From a virus (Duplodnaviria > Heunggongvirae > Uroviricota > Caudoviricetes): a stretch of 64,000 bases of DNA. Every line of letters starts with the position of its first letter. The first letter of the stretch is position 1. The notes under the pieces were generated by a model. That model saw nothing but the letters and a program-made list of their open reading frames with translations, ran no database searches and was not told the origin of the DNA. Made by a program: the position numbers and the translations under genes. Shown here one piece after another: positions 27,822-37,522 of the stretch. The stretch is taken from IMG/VR virus record IMGVR_UViG_3300010369_000001; one strand, 5' to 3'.

Positions 27822-30419
27822 TTAAAATCCATCCAAGTCTCCAACTGACTCAAGCAATCCTGCCATTTCCGGAGTATTATCTCGCTGCAACAAGAACAAC
27901 ACTAAATCACCTAATACTTCCCACACATCCAGCAAAGTAGTTTCTAATTTAACCACGTCATCGTCGCCGAACTTATCCTCAAACTTAGTCCTGTCAGAGA
28001 ATAGAAGGAATAAGGTTCTTCCTATTCTATCCAAAGATGCTTTGAATATCTTTGAATAATCGCCAACCAAATCTTCAGTTCTTCTAGCGCCAATCAACGA
28101 CAGCAAGGTGCTCACGTCGAAAATGTCTTTATTTCCCGTAGAAGCAGCATCCATTGCGCCCTGAAGTGCCATCGGATCTGGTGGCGGCACTTCTTGTAGC
28201 CAGTCGGGCGGCACAGGCTGATCTTCATAGCCTAGCTGCTGCGCTTCGCTCATGTCCCCTTGAATAGGTATCCCACTATAACTGTCAGCAGCTATTGGCG
28301 GGTCACTAAACATCGCTGGCAATATATGCTCAGGTATTTCTGATAATAGCCCGCCACCGCCCCGTCCAATTAAATCAATAGGCAGTTCCGCCACTTTATG
28401 CAGCGGCTCACGGTACGGAATATCAAGCGTCTGATTCGGTAGCAAATCTACCGCCGCCAATATTTCTCGTGCTGTTTTATCCCTAAAACTATAATCTAAT
28501 ACCAATTTCTTAAAGGCAGCTACCTTATCGTGAGCTACCCTATTGATCAAATAAGTCTTATCAACCCTGGCTACTTTAAGCTTTCGACGATTAGTCTGTA
28601 AAAGCTGAACAATATCATTCTCAGTCGCCAAAGCTAACGCCGTAACATCTCCTTGGCTATGCTTGTACGGGTCAATGTCGATATACTTAAAAATCTTTGG
28701 GAGGACTAGCTTACCATCACGGAAAACCATCTTATTACCGGCAAACGTAGGAGAACAAATAACCCATTTGGGCAGCTCACCTTTTACATCGTCGCCCTCT
28801 CTTTGTGTGTTATAATCCCGGTTATTAGCTATGAATAAATCGTGTAAACGAGAAAGTGTAATCTCTGTCCCTTCATTTTTCATATCGTAGGAAATATCTC
28901 TACGATTATCCTGCTGATCTCTCCAAGGATTAATATGCCAAACACCATCAGCATTTGACGCGTCTAGCGGAATAGTGCCACAGCCGCAAGGCGTAACAAT
29001 AATCCGCCCTCGACAGTCCTTAGCTTCCGAATTACGCATACTTGTTGCGCCTTTAAATTGCTCAGCTGGAAGCCTATTAAACCAATCCTGCTTACCAGAC
29101 CCACGAACCGTTAGTACAGCTGCCTTCTTGGCATAAATAGTATATTTACGTTTCCAGTCCACAACCAAACATAAATCGCGTGATGGGCGCTCTTTAACAA
29201 ACCAAGGGTTAATTATTACAAGACATTCCCTAATACTCCCATCCGCAAAGAATACATCATAAACCCCAGTGTCAGCTGGGCTCTCGAATTGCATCTCATC
29301 TTCCACGATTGCAATTTCATCATCCTCTCGATCATCAATCGTGAGATTACCTAAGCTAATAAGCTCAGCCGCTTGTTTTTCAGACAGAAACGGGAACGCA
29401 GCGGTGTCATCTTGCGTGATCACTCTTACAGCTGCGTTCTTCGGTGTGCGTAATTGATATTTAGTAGCTTTCTTAGCTGTCGCAATCTTATTAAATGCGT
29501 TACTTAATTTCTCAAAAGTTTTAGCAAAGAACTCTTCCCCGTAAAAAGAATCCATTGCAACCTTCATAATCGGATACTGGTCGCAAGCATAAGCTAACCT
29601 CGTGAAAATTCGAGCATCCGCTGACGCTATTTTCTCAAGATTAATATTTAATTTAGGTATTTCTGCAGCAGCATGCTTAGCCATTCCAATAATGGCAGGC
29701 TGAAGCCAACTCTCAAAATTAGCCACCTTACCTAAAGCTGGCGGCTGAGTAAGCTGCCGCATGTCTGGATAGCGAATACCTAGCTGACGGAAATCCTTAG
29801 AATTACAGCTGCCAAAGACCGAGTCTCCGCCCTCTTTAATCAACCAATCAACCCAGCCTTCTTTTAATGGAACAAATTGATCCTTAGTTTGAATATAGAG
29901 TAGCTCAAAACCATTGATCTTTCCTTTATCAAAGAAAATTGGAATATAAGCCCAGGCAGACCCTACTTTAAAGCCATAAACCCCTACAACCTTTGTATTG
30001 TCCTCATTTTTGTCTAGTATGCGAAAACCAACAAAATAATTCAGGTCAAACAGCTTCGAGGCTTTTTCTTTAATGTAATGCGAAGAGAGCGTAAAAATAG
30101 CGGTCTCCAATTCCATATCATTGGAATGCCCCATCAAGTCGCTAGCTTTCTTTGTCCAATAATCCCTAGTGGATCTGGTAGTGGCCTCGCCAGCCTTTTT
30201 AATCGCGTAATTTAAATCGTAATTTTCATCAGTTGCCTGCGGTAGTAAGCCAGCTACTGCGCCACGCTTCTCTATGCGGCCCTCTGGGCCATTACTGGCA
30301 AGCATCCAGCTAGCTGCGGCAATGCCCTCCTTTAGCGGCTCATGAAATATAGAACGATCTACACCGGGAATTTCCTTCCCTTGTAAATTAAAACAGATAG
30401 TTTCCGCTGATTTTCGCAT
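27822..30419 (-). CDS. Large K-x-A-rich head/core protein of unknown function
   Basis: 865 aa with about 15 K-x-A motifs; adjacent to portal; leaderless promoter. Confidence 0.55.
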   Translation of the reverse strand: MRKSAETICFNLQGKEIPGVDRSIFHEPLKEGIAAASWMLASNGPEGRIEKRGAVAGLLPQATDENYDLNYAIKKAGEATTRSTRDYWTKKASDLMGHSNDMELETAIFTLSSHYIKEKASKLFDLNYFVGFRILDKNEDNTKVVGVYGFKVGSAWAYIPIFFDKGKINGFELLYIQTKDQFVPLKEGWVDWLIKEGGDSVFGSCNSKDFRQLGIRYPDMRQLTQPPALGKVANFESWLQPAIIGMAKHAAAEIPKLNINLEKIASADARIFTRLAYACDQYPIMKVAMDSFYGEEFFAKTFEKLSNAFNKIATAKKATKYQLRTPKNAAVRVITQDDTAAFPFLSEKQAAELISLGNLTIDDREDDEIAIVEDEMQFESPADTGVYDVFFADGSIRECLVIINPWFVKERPSRDLCLVVDWKRKYTIYAKKAAVLTVRGSGKQDWFNRLPAEQFKGATSMRNSEAKDCRGRIIVTPCGCGTIPLDASNADGVWHINPWRDQQDNRRDISYDMKNEGTEITLSRLHDLFIANNRDYNTQREGDDVKGELPKWVICSPTFAGNKMVFRDGKLVLPKIFKYIDIDPYKHSQGDVTALALATENDIVQLLQTNRRKLKVARVDKTYLINRVAHDKVAAFKKLVLDYSFRDKTAREILAAVDLLPNQTLDIPYREPLHKVAELPIDLIGRGGGGLLSEIPEHILPAMFSDPPIAADSYSGIPIQGDMSEAQQLGYEDQPVPPDWLQEVPPPDPMALQGAMDAASTGNKDIFDVSTLLSLIGARRTEDLVGDYSKIFKASLDRIGRTLFLLFSDRTKFEDKFGDDDVVKLETTLLDVWEVLGDLVLFLLQRDNTPEMAGLLESVGDLDGF

Positions 30420-30451
30420 ACCTTAATTCTACCACGCTAGGTTAATTGGCT

Positions 30452-32011
30452 TTATCCGCTAAACAAAGCCAAATAAGCTGCTTCCTCCTCATCTGACAAT
30501 TGTTTTTGCTTAGTAAACTTAGAATGAGTTACACATAAACTGCAGGAGGTATTTCGCGTATTTAATAAATATTCTCTAATTTCCATAGGGGAGCTACTCT
30601 CTAGCGCTATTCCATCATATGACAAAATCTGGGCTGCCCATTGCTGATTTATTGGCTTTCCATTCCTTAGTCCAAACTTAGCTAGCTGACAGCGTAAAGC
30701 AGCCCTTACACAGCCATACAGTTTGGTTCCAATCATTCCGTGATACTTTCGTACAAAACTACAGCAATATATCGCCGCTTTATCGTGTTCTTGCTGATAC
30801 AATTGCTTAATTTCGCCAGTTGCAACAGGTTTAAATAGTGCATCCTTATAATGGCTAATAATCGCTTTACGTGACCAGTTCTTCAAAATCCAATCAATAG
30901 CTACCGGCATGCTCAGGTGAACACTTACCATTAACCATATTCTTTTAGGGTACTTACTTTCTAGCGCGAGAAACATATCCTGATAATATTTCTCTGAAAA
31001 CAAAGTTCCATTAGTATAAATATGAATTTCACTGTACGGAAACACATTAAGCGTTTCTTCAATAATTTCTGCTATTTGTGGATGACATAATGGCTCGCCG
31101 CCGCTAAATCCAATGATTTTTGGTCGGATATATTGATGAGCTAGCTTTAAGCTCTCAAAAACATCTTCTACAACAATAGTCCAATCAGTAACTGTAGAAT
31201 AAGAAAAACACTCCTTGCAGCTTAAATTACAAACTGAAGTAATAGGAAATTCCAGCCTCTCAATTTGTAACTTACCCTCGCCCGCCAATTGAACACCGCA
31301 TTCAAAGCTACTTTGCCCCCAAATAAGACTGTCCTTAGTCAACCTACCACCGCTTACTAAATCGCCAGCTAGCTGCTTACCGTATTTGAGCCTAGTGGTA
31401 TAAGCTGGAATATCTTTTGTAAATGCCCACTGTAAAAACCCGCCTGTCCACTGTCTCGAATAAGCCAAATATTCAAGATTTTCTAAACTTTGTAAACAAG
31501 TTTCTTTTAACTTACTTGCACTATTCCATAATATAATATGCCCTAATCTTGCACCACCAGTGCGGATAATCATTTCATTTACGTCAAGCACGGGCCAAGC
31601 AGGATTAGGCGGTGTCTCAGCCCCAGCAAAACAACAAATCCAATCATCCGGCAGATAAGCTAGGACTTCTTGCTGTAAACGTTTCTTGAAATTAGAAACT
31701 AGCTTTACGTCATCCTCAAGAACAATAATTGGTTTAGCTGAACTTCGGGCCGCTTTAATATGACTCTCTAAACAGCCCCAAGCGCCGTAACGCAAAGAGT
31801 TAGCCCTATCACCTATAACTTGCCTAATAGCTGCAACCTTATCTGCCGGAAAATTTGGATTAGGCTCTGAGGTAATAATAGTAGGAAAAATTCCCTCAGC
31901 AGCTAAATGAGGTAAAAGAAACTCTAAGCGTTTCTGGCTTACCTCATTAGTCGTCGTAATAACTATTACTTCAAAATCACTAAACTTTAGCACACTCTTT
32001 AAAATAGTCAA
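30452..32011 (-). CDS. Fusion: GT25-like glycosyltransferase + radical SAM
   Basis: N-terminal GCLESHI, IIVLEDD; C-terminal CNLSCKEC, GGEPLCHP, TNG, CSLC. Confidence 0.85.
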   Translation of the reverse strand: MTILKSVLKFSDFEVIVITTTNEVSQKRLEFLLPHLAAEGIFPTIITSEPNPNFPADKVAAIRQVIGDRANSLRYGAWGCLESHIKAARSSAKPIIVLEDDVKLVSNFKKRLQQEVLAYLPDDWICCFAGAETPPNPAWPVLDVNEMIIRTGGARLGHIILWNSASKLKETCLQSLENLEYLAYSRQWTGGFLQWAFTKDIPAYTTRLKYGKQLAGDLVSGGRLTKDSLIWGQSSFECGVQLAGEGKLQIERLEFPITSVCNLSCKECFSYSTVTDWTIVVEDVFESLKLAHQYIRPKIIGFSGGEPLCHPQIAEIIEETLNVFPYSEIHIYTNGTLFSEKYYQDMFLALESKYPKRIWLMVSVHLSMPVAIDWILKNWSRKAIISHYKDALFKPVATGEIKQLYQQEHDKAAIYCCSFVRKYHGMIGTKLYGCVRAALRCQLAKFGLRNGKPINQQWAAQILSYDGIALESSSPMEIREYLLNTRNTSCSLCVTHSKFTKQKQLSDEEEAAYLALFSG

Positions 32012-32924
32012 TAGTTTGTTTTAATCCGTCCTCCAAAGAAACAACTGGCTGCCAGCCTAATTTCTCTTTAGCTAACATAATATCAGGGCAGCGTCTGGAA
32101 CAATCGCCACTAGGTAGCTCTTTATACTCAAATACTGGATCGGCTATATCAAGTAACTGTGCCATTGTTTTAATACAGCTTTTTATTGAAATTTCATTAG
32201 GGTTGCCAATATTGATCGGGCCAGCTTCATCCCTGGACATCATCTCAACCAAGCCCGTAACCATATCAGAAACATAACAGAATGATCGCGTATGCTCGCC
32301 ATCACCGTATATCGTCACTGGTTTATCCTGTAACAGCTGATTAATAACATTAGGCATCAACCTGCCGTCGTCTGACTGCATACGCGACCCATATACATTG
32401 AAAATACGAACAATCTTTGTATTTAAATTATATTTCCTACGATACTCAGCAACCAACGCCTCAGCTACTCTCTTGCCCTCCGAATAACATGCCCTAGAAC
32501 TTTGTGTATCCGTATTCCCTAAATCTGTTTCTTTCTGAGGATGAGAAAGTGCCTCGCCATATACTTCACTGGTACTGGCGTGCAAGAATTTAGCCCCTGC
32601 TGTCCTAGCTAAGTCCAGGATATTCAACGTACCCATAAATGAAGCTTTTAATGTCTCAATAGGGTTTTCTGTAAAAGCTTTTGGACTGGCCGGGCAAGCT
32701 AAATTATAAATTTCATCAATACCGCCCATTACATGAAACGGTTCCGTAATATCGTGCTTAATAAACGAAAAATTATCACCCTCGGTCATAAGATGAGAAA
32801 TATTTCTCCTGCTGCCCGTACTGAAATTATCTATGCAAACTACTTTGTGCCCCTGACTAATAAGAAACTCACAAAGATGCGAGCCTATAAAACCAGCTCC
32901 TCCTGTTACTACTATTCTTTTCAT
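31980..32924 (-). CDS. uxs: UDP-glucuronate decarboxylase (UDP-xylose synthase), SDR family
   Basis: TGGAGFIGSHL, IYNLACPASP, ASTSEVYG, RACYSEGKR, RIFNVYG, DDGR, TRSFCYVSD. Confidence 0.9.
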   Translation of the reverse strand: MKRIVVTGGAGFIGSHLCEFLISQGHKVVCIDNFSTGSRRNISHLMTEGDNFSFIKHDITEPFHVMGGIDEIYNLACPASPKAFTENPIETLKASFMGTLNILDLARTAGAKFLHASTSEVYGEALSHPQKETDLGNTDTQSSRACYSEGKRVAEALVAEYRRKYNLNTKIVRIFNVYGSRMQSDDGRLMPNVINQLLQDKPVTIYGDGEHTRSFCYVSDMVTGLVEMMSRDEAGPINIGNPNEISIKSCIKTMAQLLDIADPVFEYKELPSGDCSRRCPDIMLAKEKLGWQPVVSLEDGLKQTIDYFKECAKV

Positions 32925-33901
32925 TATTTACATTTACTTAAAAGTTCAGCTAACTGCTCGGCATACGGAATCATACGCTCATCAACAATATAGCGCTCAT
33001 CGTCTGAAACTATCCACTCGTCAGCTTTCCAACCATATTTAACTGTTTCTCGTCCTTGAAGCCTAGCTCCTTCTTCAATAATGTCTCTTTCCACTTTCCA
33101 CTTCTTATGTCGCTTGGCAAAGTCCTCCATTGAGCCGTAAAGATAATGACACAGTGCTACATTGTTATTATCTATAAAAGCTTCTTGCAAGGCCATACGA
33201 TCAAAAGCACCGCCAAGCGCCACTTCTTGTCCGGCAAAATTAACTGTCTTACCATATACCTCAGCTGCATGGCTATAATACCACTTCACTGTCTCGCAGG
33301 GGCGACTGCCGCCATCAGTTCGACCATCTACTTTAATTTGATCCACCCTAACAATGGGCTTGACGGTACTCCACCCGTCTGATGTTTTACGCTTTGTAAA
33401 CCATTTAAGTCTCGTTTCAGTTCGTGGCGCAGTCATAATTTGATTATTATGCCCGTACACCAACCAAGGCACAACAACTTGATCTACGCCCGGCCGGTCG
33501 ACAGCTCTCAACATATCATTAACTGGGCGCATGTGAGAATCATATAAATATTCATCATCATCGAAGAAGGCCAGCCATTCAACACGTCCTTTATAGAACT
33601 CATACATTTTCATATATGCGCGCTGTTGATAACCTATACCAGGATGATACCCGTAATTATTTATTACATCTACAACTTCTCGTACCTCAGGAGCAAGTCG
33701 CTCAATAGCGTTATACGTATCATCAGTACACCGATCTAAGCAAACTATAATGCGGTCAAATCCAGAAAGATAATTATGACACAACATTTCTTGGATGTAC
33801 TGGTCGGCGTTACAAACACACATGCCGACAGCTGAATAATATTTTTTTGTGATACTGTTACTCATTGTTTTATAAAGGAGTTTTTTGCTCTGCAGGAGCA
33901 T
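32924..33901 (-). CDS. Glycosyltransferase (GT2/GT92-like)
   Basis: YIQEMLCHNYLSGFD, LDRCTD, WLAFFDDDEYL, LCHY; true start probably MSNSIT. Confidence 0.8.
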   Translation of the reverse strand: MLLQSKKLLYKTMSNSITKKYYSAVGMCVCNADQYIQEMLCHNYLSGFDRIIVCLDRCTDDTYNAIERLAPEVREVVDVINNYGYHPGIGYQQRAYMKMYEFYKGRVEWLAFFDDDEYLYDSHMRPVNDMLRAVDRPGVDQVVVPWLVYGHNNQIMTAPRTETRLKWFTKRKTSDGWSTVKPIVRVDQIKVDGRTDGGSRPCETVKWYYSHAAEVYGKTVNFAGQEVALGGAFDRMALQEAFIDNNNVALCHYLYGSMEDFAKRHKKWKVERDIIEEGARLQGRETVKYGWKADEWIVSDDERYIVDERMIPYAEQLAELLSKCK

Positions 33902-35879
33902 ATTGTTTTACTGCTGGACATAGCTTACAAATTGCCCGCGCTTTAGTGCATGAAAGGAATTGTACTAGCTCACTTCTTGTACTGCTTGGCAATAACGGCA
34001 AATAGTCCGCCGCAGCTCGCCATAACTCTCCCAACTGCCCAGTTAAATAGCCGTGCTGATATAACGCCGCCTGCGGACACATATATAAACAGCCATTTAA
34101 TAATGTCACACAGTTCCTTTGTGTTGAGCATTCATGGTAGCTAGTCTCTGCGCAATCGGAGAACATAGGGACTGGTAGTTGATTTTCTATTTCGTAATAC
34201 TTCTGAAAAGAATTAAAATAATTACGAACCTCAACCAGCAACTGATTAGCTTTCCAAAAAGCAACCTGCTCATCTATTTTTTTATTTAGTGGCTCCTGGT
34301 CAAAATGCTTTGAAACACGAATAAAAGTATTTGTTTCAAATATCGCCTGAAGCGTGTCTTTGTCTTCCATCGGAACTAAACCATTAGTTACAATGACTCG
34401 TGCTGAACTAGGGAACGTATCATGCACAATTCGCACAATTTGAGCTAAATTTGGATGTAGTGTAGGCTCGCCACCTAAAATACGAACTTGATGAGGCAGC
34501 AACCGCCCTTTCCACGCATTACACCACTCATACGCCTCCTCCACCGTAATCATTCCTTTTAAGAACTGCCCTAAATGCGCACAGTAATTACATTTTAGAT
34601 TGCACGAATAGCAAATATTTAGCTCAAGAGCGGGAAATTCGACTGGAATATTTTCTCGTTTTGTTTCATCCTCTTCCCACCATTTCTTCTCATACATCAT
34701 CTCCCAATGCCCGCGACTAGCTGGTCTTGAAGCATGTAATATTGGGGCAGAACAAATTGCATTATTGGTTGTCGGCTCCTCATGCATTTTTGAGTCTGGC
34801 GGGAAATTAAGAATAAATGCAGAGAAAATACGGTTAGAATCTAGCTGATACCATTCTGGATGTTCAAGGGCGTTCAAAAAATGTAGCGCCTGATCATCAT
34901 TCTCGATATTAAACTTAGGCTGGCTAGGAACATAATTTTCTATTAAGTATTTAGCTACGGGCAGCTGTAAATTGCCGTCTAGGTATTGTTGACGTAATTT
35001 GAATATATTTTCATAGACCGTAATTAAATCATCGACGTGTCCGGCAATTACGCCAGTATTTAGCTCGCATCTATCCCCAAGAATTTTTTGAAATTCATAA
35101 TAAAGGCGCGAATGGTCATACACAAAATAAGGGTGAATGATGCCTGGCGAATCTGTAGAAATTAAAATACGTCCGTCATATAGGGCATTAAACTTACCTA
35201 AAATAATATCTACTGGCTGCCTAAAAATAATATCTCGCGTATCTATAGAAACAAGATATTCAATTCCTTTCTTCTTATATTCAAGGCACTGCTCGTAAAA
35301 GTGTTTGATTTTATGCTCGTAAAAAGTTGTGTACTCCGCCTTATAGTCATAAAAAGCATAAGGAATACCTTGCTCAGCTGCGCTCTTACTAAACAGCGCA
35401 ACACTTGTTGTCGTTTTACTGCCAAACGCTGCAGCACCTAAAAAAAGTGTATTTGCGCGTGTCGCGTATAATTCCCCAGGAGTAAATGCCCACACAACAT
35501 TGCCGCTAGGAGCTGGGCCGCCAGAATTAAAATAACGTACCGGAGAGACTACTACACACCTAAATACATACGACCCCGCCGGTAAGACAATCTCAGGAAT
35601 TAACTGCCCAGGCTTAGCTGACTCGCCGACCGCTACATCATCAATATAAAATCTAACAATGGCATTTTTTGAGTACTTTAAAGCAGACGGCGCCAGCCCA
35701 CACGCAAAACGGGTCGCTTCTTCAAGATTTACACGAAATATACATTCATGCCCAAATGAGCTCCAGCCGTCCCACACTATCTTTGCCCAATCGCGATGCT
35801 CCGTTAGTAAAAAAATATCATAATCTGGTTCCTTTAACTCTCCAGCAACCTTAATCGGTACAATACTACTTTGCGACAT
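33870..35879 (-). CDS. Three-domain fusion: beta domain + PLOD-type glycosyltransferase + radical SAM
   Basis: SIDTRDIIF, LNTGVIAG, DDQAL, PILHAS; then CNLKCNYCAH, GGEPTLHP, TNG, CKLC. Confidence 0.85.
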   Translation of the reverse strand: MSQSSIVPIKVAGELKEPDYDIFLLTEHRDWAKIVWDGWSSFGHECIFRVNLEEATRFACGLAPSALKYSKNAIVRFYIDDVAVGESAKPGQLIPEIVLPAGSYVFRCVVVSPVRYFNSGGPAPSGNVVWAFTPGELYATRANTLFLGAAAFGSKTTTSVALFSKSAAEQGIPYAFYDYKAEYTTFYEHKIKHFYEQCLEYKKKGIEYLVSIDTRDIIFRQPVDIILGKFNALYDGRILISTDSPGIIHPYFVYDHSRLYYEFQKILGDRCELNTGVIAGHVDDLITVYENIFKLRQQYLDGNLQLPVAKYLIENYVPSQPKFNIENDDQALHFLNALEHPEWYQLDSNRIFSAFILNFPPDSKMHEEPTTNNAICSAPILHASRPASRGHWEMMYEKKWWEEDETKRENIPVEFPALELNICYSCNLKCNYCAHLGQFLKGMITVEEAYEWCNAWKGRLLPHQVRILGGEPTLHPNLAQIVRIVHDTFPSSARVIVTNGLVPMEDKDTLQAIFETNTFIRVSKHFDQEPLNKKIDEQVAFWKANQLLVEVRNYFNSFQKYYEIENQLPVPMFSDCAETSYHECSTQRNCVTLLNGCLYMCPQAALYQHGYLTGQLGELWRAAADYLPLLPSSTRSELVQFLSCTKARAICKLCPAVKQYAPAEQKTPL

Positions 35880-35940
35880 TATTTTACGTATTTGTTCTTT
35901 TAACCCAGATTATACATTTTTTTTTTGTATACTGTTTTGT

Positions 35941-36279
35941 ATGGCAATTACATTTGACATTTTTAAAGAGCTACACGCCCGTATAAAAAAAGGAGATTTT
36001 GAATCTGACAGGAAGCTAGCTAAAGAATACGGTATAAACAGAAACTGTATATATCAGATAAGGCGCGGTACTCACAAGTTCTTTGGGATTCTTGGCGGTT
36101 CCATGGATCCAGCTGAAGCTATTGTCTATCCGGCGCTAGACGACAGCGGCATTATAAAAAAAGCCCGATGCAAAAAATGCGGCGGGCTTTGTCAAGCTGA
36201 AATACCTTGCTACGTTTGTGCCGTACGGGAACTCGCAACAAAGAAACATGCACAGGCTTTAGCCAATATTGGCCTCTAG
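35941..36279 (+). CDS. HTH + zinc-ribbon putative regulator
   Basis: SDRKLAKEYGINRNCIYQIRRG HTH; RCKKCGG...PCYVC; TATACT-N7-ATG. Confidence 0.75.
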   Translation: MAITFDIFKELHARIKKGDFESDRKLAKEYGINRNCIYQIRRGTHKFFGILGGSMDPAEAIVYPALDDSGIIKKARCKKCGGLCQAEIPCYVCAVRELATKKHAQALANIGL

Positions 36280-36897
36280 CTCACCCTCCGGGCCAGTAGC
36301 GCCTTCATCACCTCGCTGCCCCGTTGTTCCTGCCGCTCCGCCAGGAATAATTAATGGAGGAGAAGGCGCCTGCTGTTGCTTAACAATTGCATCGAGTGCA
36401 TTTTTAACTTCTTCGATAATTTCTGCGCAGCGTTCAGGACTCTGACCAACAGTTCCTTGCAACAGTCCCATACGACCTTCACTAATGGGCAGATTTCGCA
36501 ACGCCACCATAAAAAGAATATATTTTCTTAGCTCCTCATTAGCCGCAAACCAGATAATAAAGAAATCTTTAACGGTATTCTCGTCAAGAAGCCAATCCGT
36601 CATTTCAATAGCTGCCTGCTGCTCTCCTTGAGAAAGTCTTGACAGAATAGCTGGGCCTCGGTTAAATAGAAAATCATCAGCTTCAGAAAATCCAACGGTT
36701 TCTTCCATTTCAGGTGTTATAGGAACACCGACACTTCCAATAGTAGGAGATTCTTGTGAAGCAGCTTCTTTTTTACGGCACCGACAAGCGTCTTGGCAGG
36801 CAGTTACACCTGCCCCTAAGACAGCTACGGCAGCATGTAATTGTTCAACTTGAGCTTCTAATGAAGTTACGCGATCAGCTAAAGGAATTCTAGGCAT
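36259..36897 (-). CDS. Hypothetical protein with N-terminal coiled coil and short collagen-like tail
   Basis: RVTSLEAQVEQL; C-terminal (G-x-y)7 GAAGTTGQRGDEGATGPEGEL. Confidence 0.6.
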   Translation of the reverse strand: MPRIPLADRVTSLEAQVEQLHAAVAVLGAGVTACQDACRCRKKEAASQESPTIGSVGVPITPEMEETVGFSEADDFLFNRGPAILSRLSQGEQQAAIEMTDWLLDENTVKDFFIIWFAANEELRKYILFMVALRNLPISEGRMGLLQGTVGQSPERCAEIIEEVKNALDAIVKQQQAPSPPLIIPGGAAGTTGQRGDEGATGPEGELEANIG

Positions 36898-36934
36898 TTT
36901 GTTCTTTTGTTAAAAATTAATTTCTCTTAATATA

Positions 36935-37522
36935 CTATATTCGTATATTCGCGTCAAGATAACTTTGATTTTTTTCCATTTTAAATCTCAGTCCAGCAGT
37001 TGCTTCAGGTGATAGATCTTTCCGTTTTTCGTGTAGGGCATATACCTCGAGCTTGCTCCTAGCTGCTACTTTGGCATATACCACAAATTCCTGTAATGCC
37101 TCTGCGATATATTCGTCCACTCTCGCGCGAGAAACCTCTTTTGGAAGCATTCGCATTGCCATCGCAAGCCTTGAATCTTTTAACTCCCTAAAACTACTAT
37201 CGCTAATTCTTTTGAGAATATGATTAAAACAAATCAATCTTAGTAACGGCAGCATAATTGCCAGGTGATATTCAGGCGAAATAAATGTTGGACGATGCTC
37301 AGTCATGTAGCTCCAGCACGCATTTTTATAATTTGCGTCAATAGTAGCATTAGCAAGCGTAACTGTCTTTAAGAAAGTAAAATCAGCACGATTAGCGCCT
37401 GTCAGTGTTAAACCGGTGCTCTGCGAAAGATTAAAGCCAGCAAGCGTACCGCTCTGCATCGCCCAAACAATGAGCGCAATAACCAAAATTAAACCATATA
37501 TTACTGCTGGTGATAGTTCCAT
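36935..37522 (-). CDS. Membrane-anchored hypothetical protein
   Basis: N-terminal TM AVIYGLILVIALIVWAM. Confidence 0.6.
   Translation of the reverse strand: MELSPAVIYGLILVIALIVWAMQSGTLAGFNLSQSTGLTLTGANRADFTFLKTVTLANATIDANYKNACWSYMTEHRPTFISPEYHLAIMLPLLRLICFNHILKRISDSSFRELKDSRLAMAMRMLPKEVSRARVDEYIAEALQEFVVYAKVAARSKLEVYALHEKRKDLSPEATAGLRFKMEKNQSYLDANIRI

Noticed and set aside
36259-36340. Collagen-like tail as substrate for the PLOD-type glycosyltransferases
   Set aside because: Only 7 G-x-y triplets, no Lys in them, and no lysyl hydroxylase domain seen
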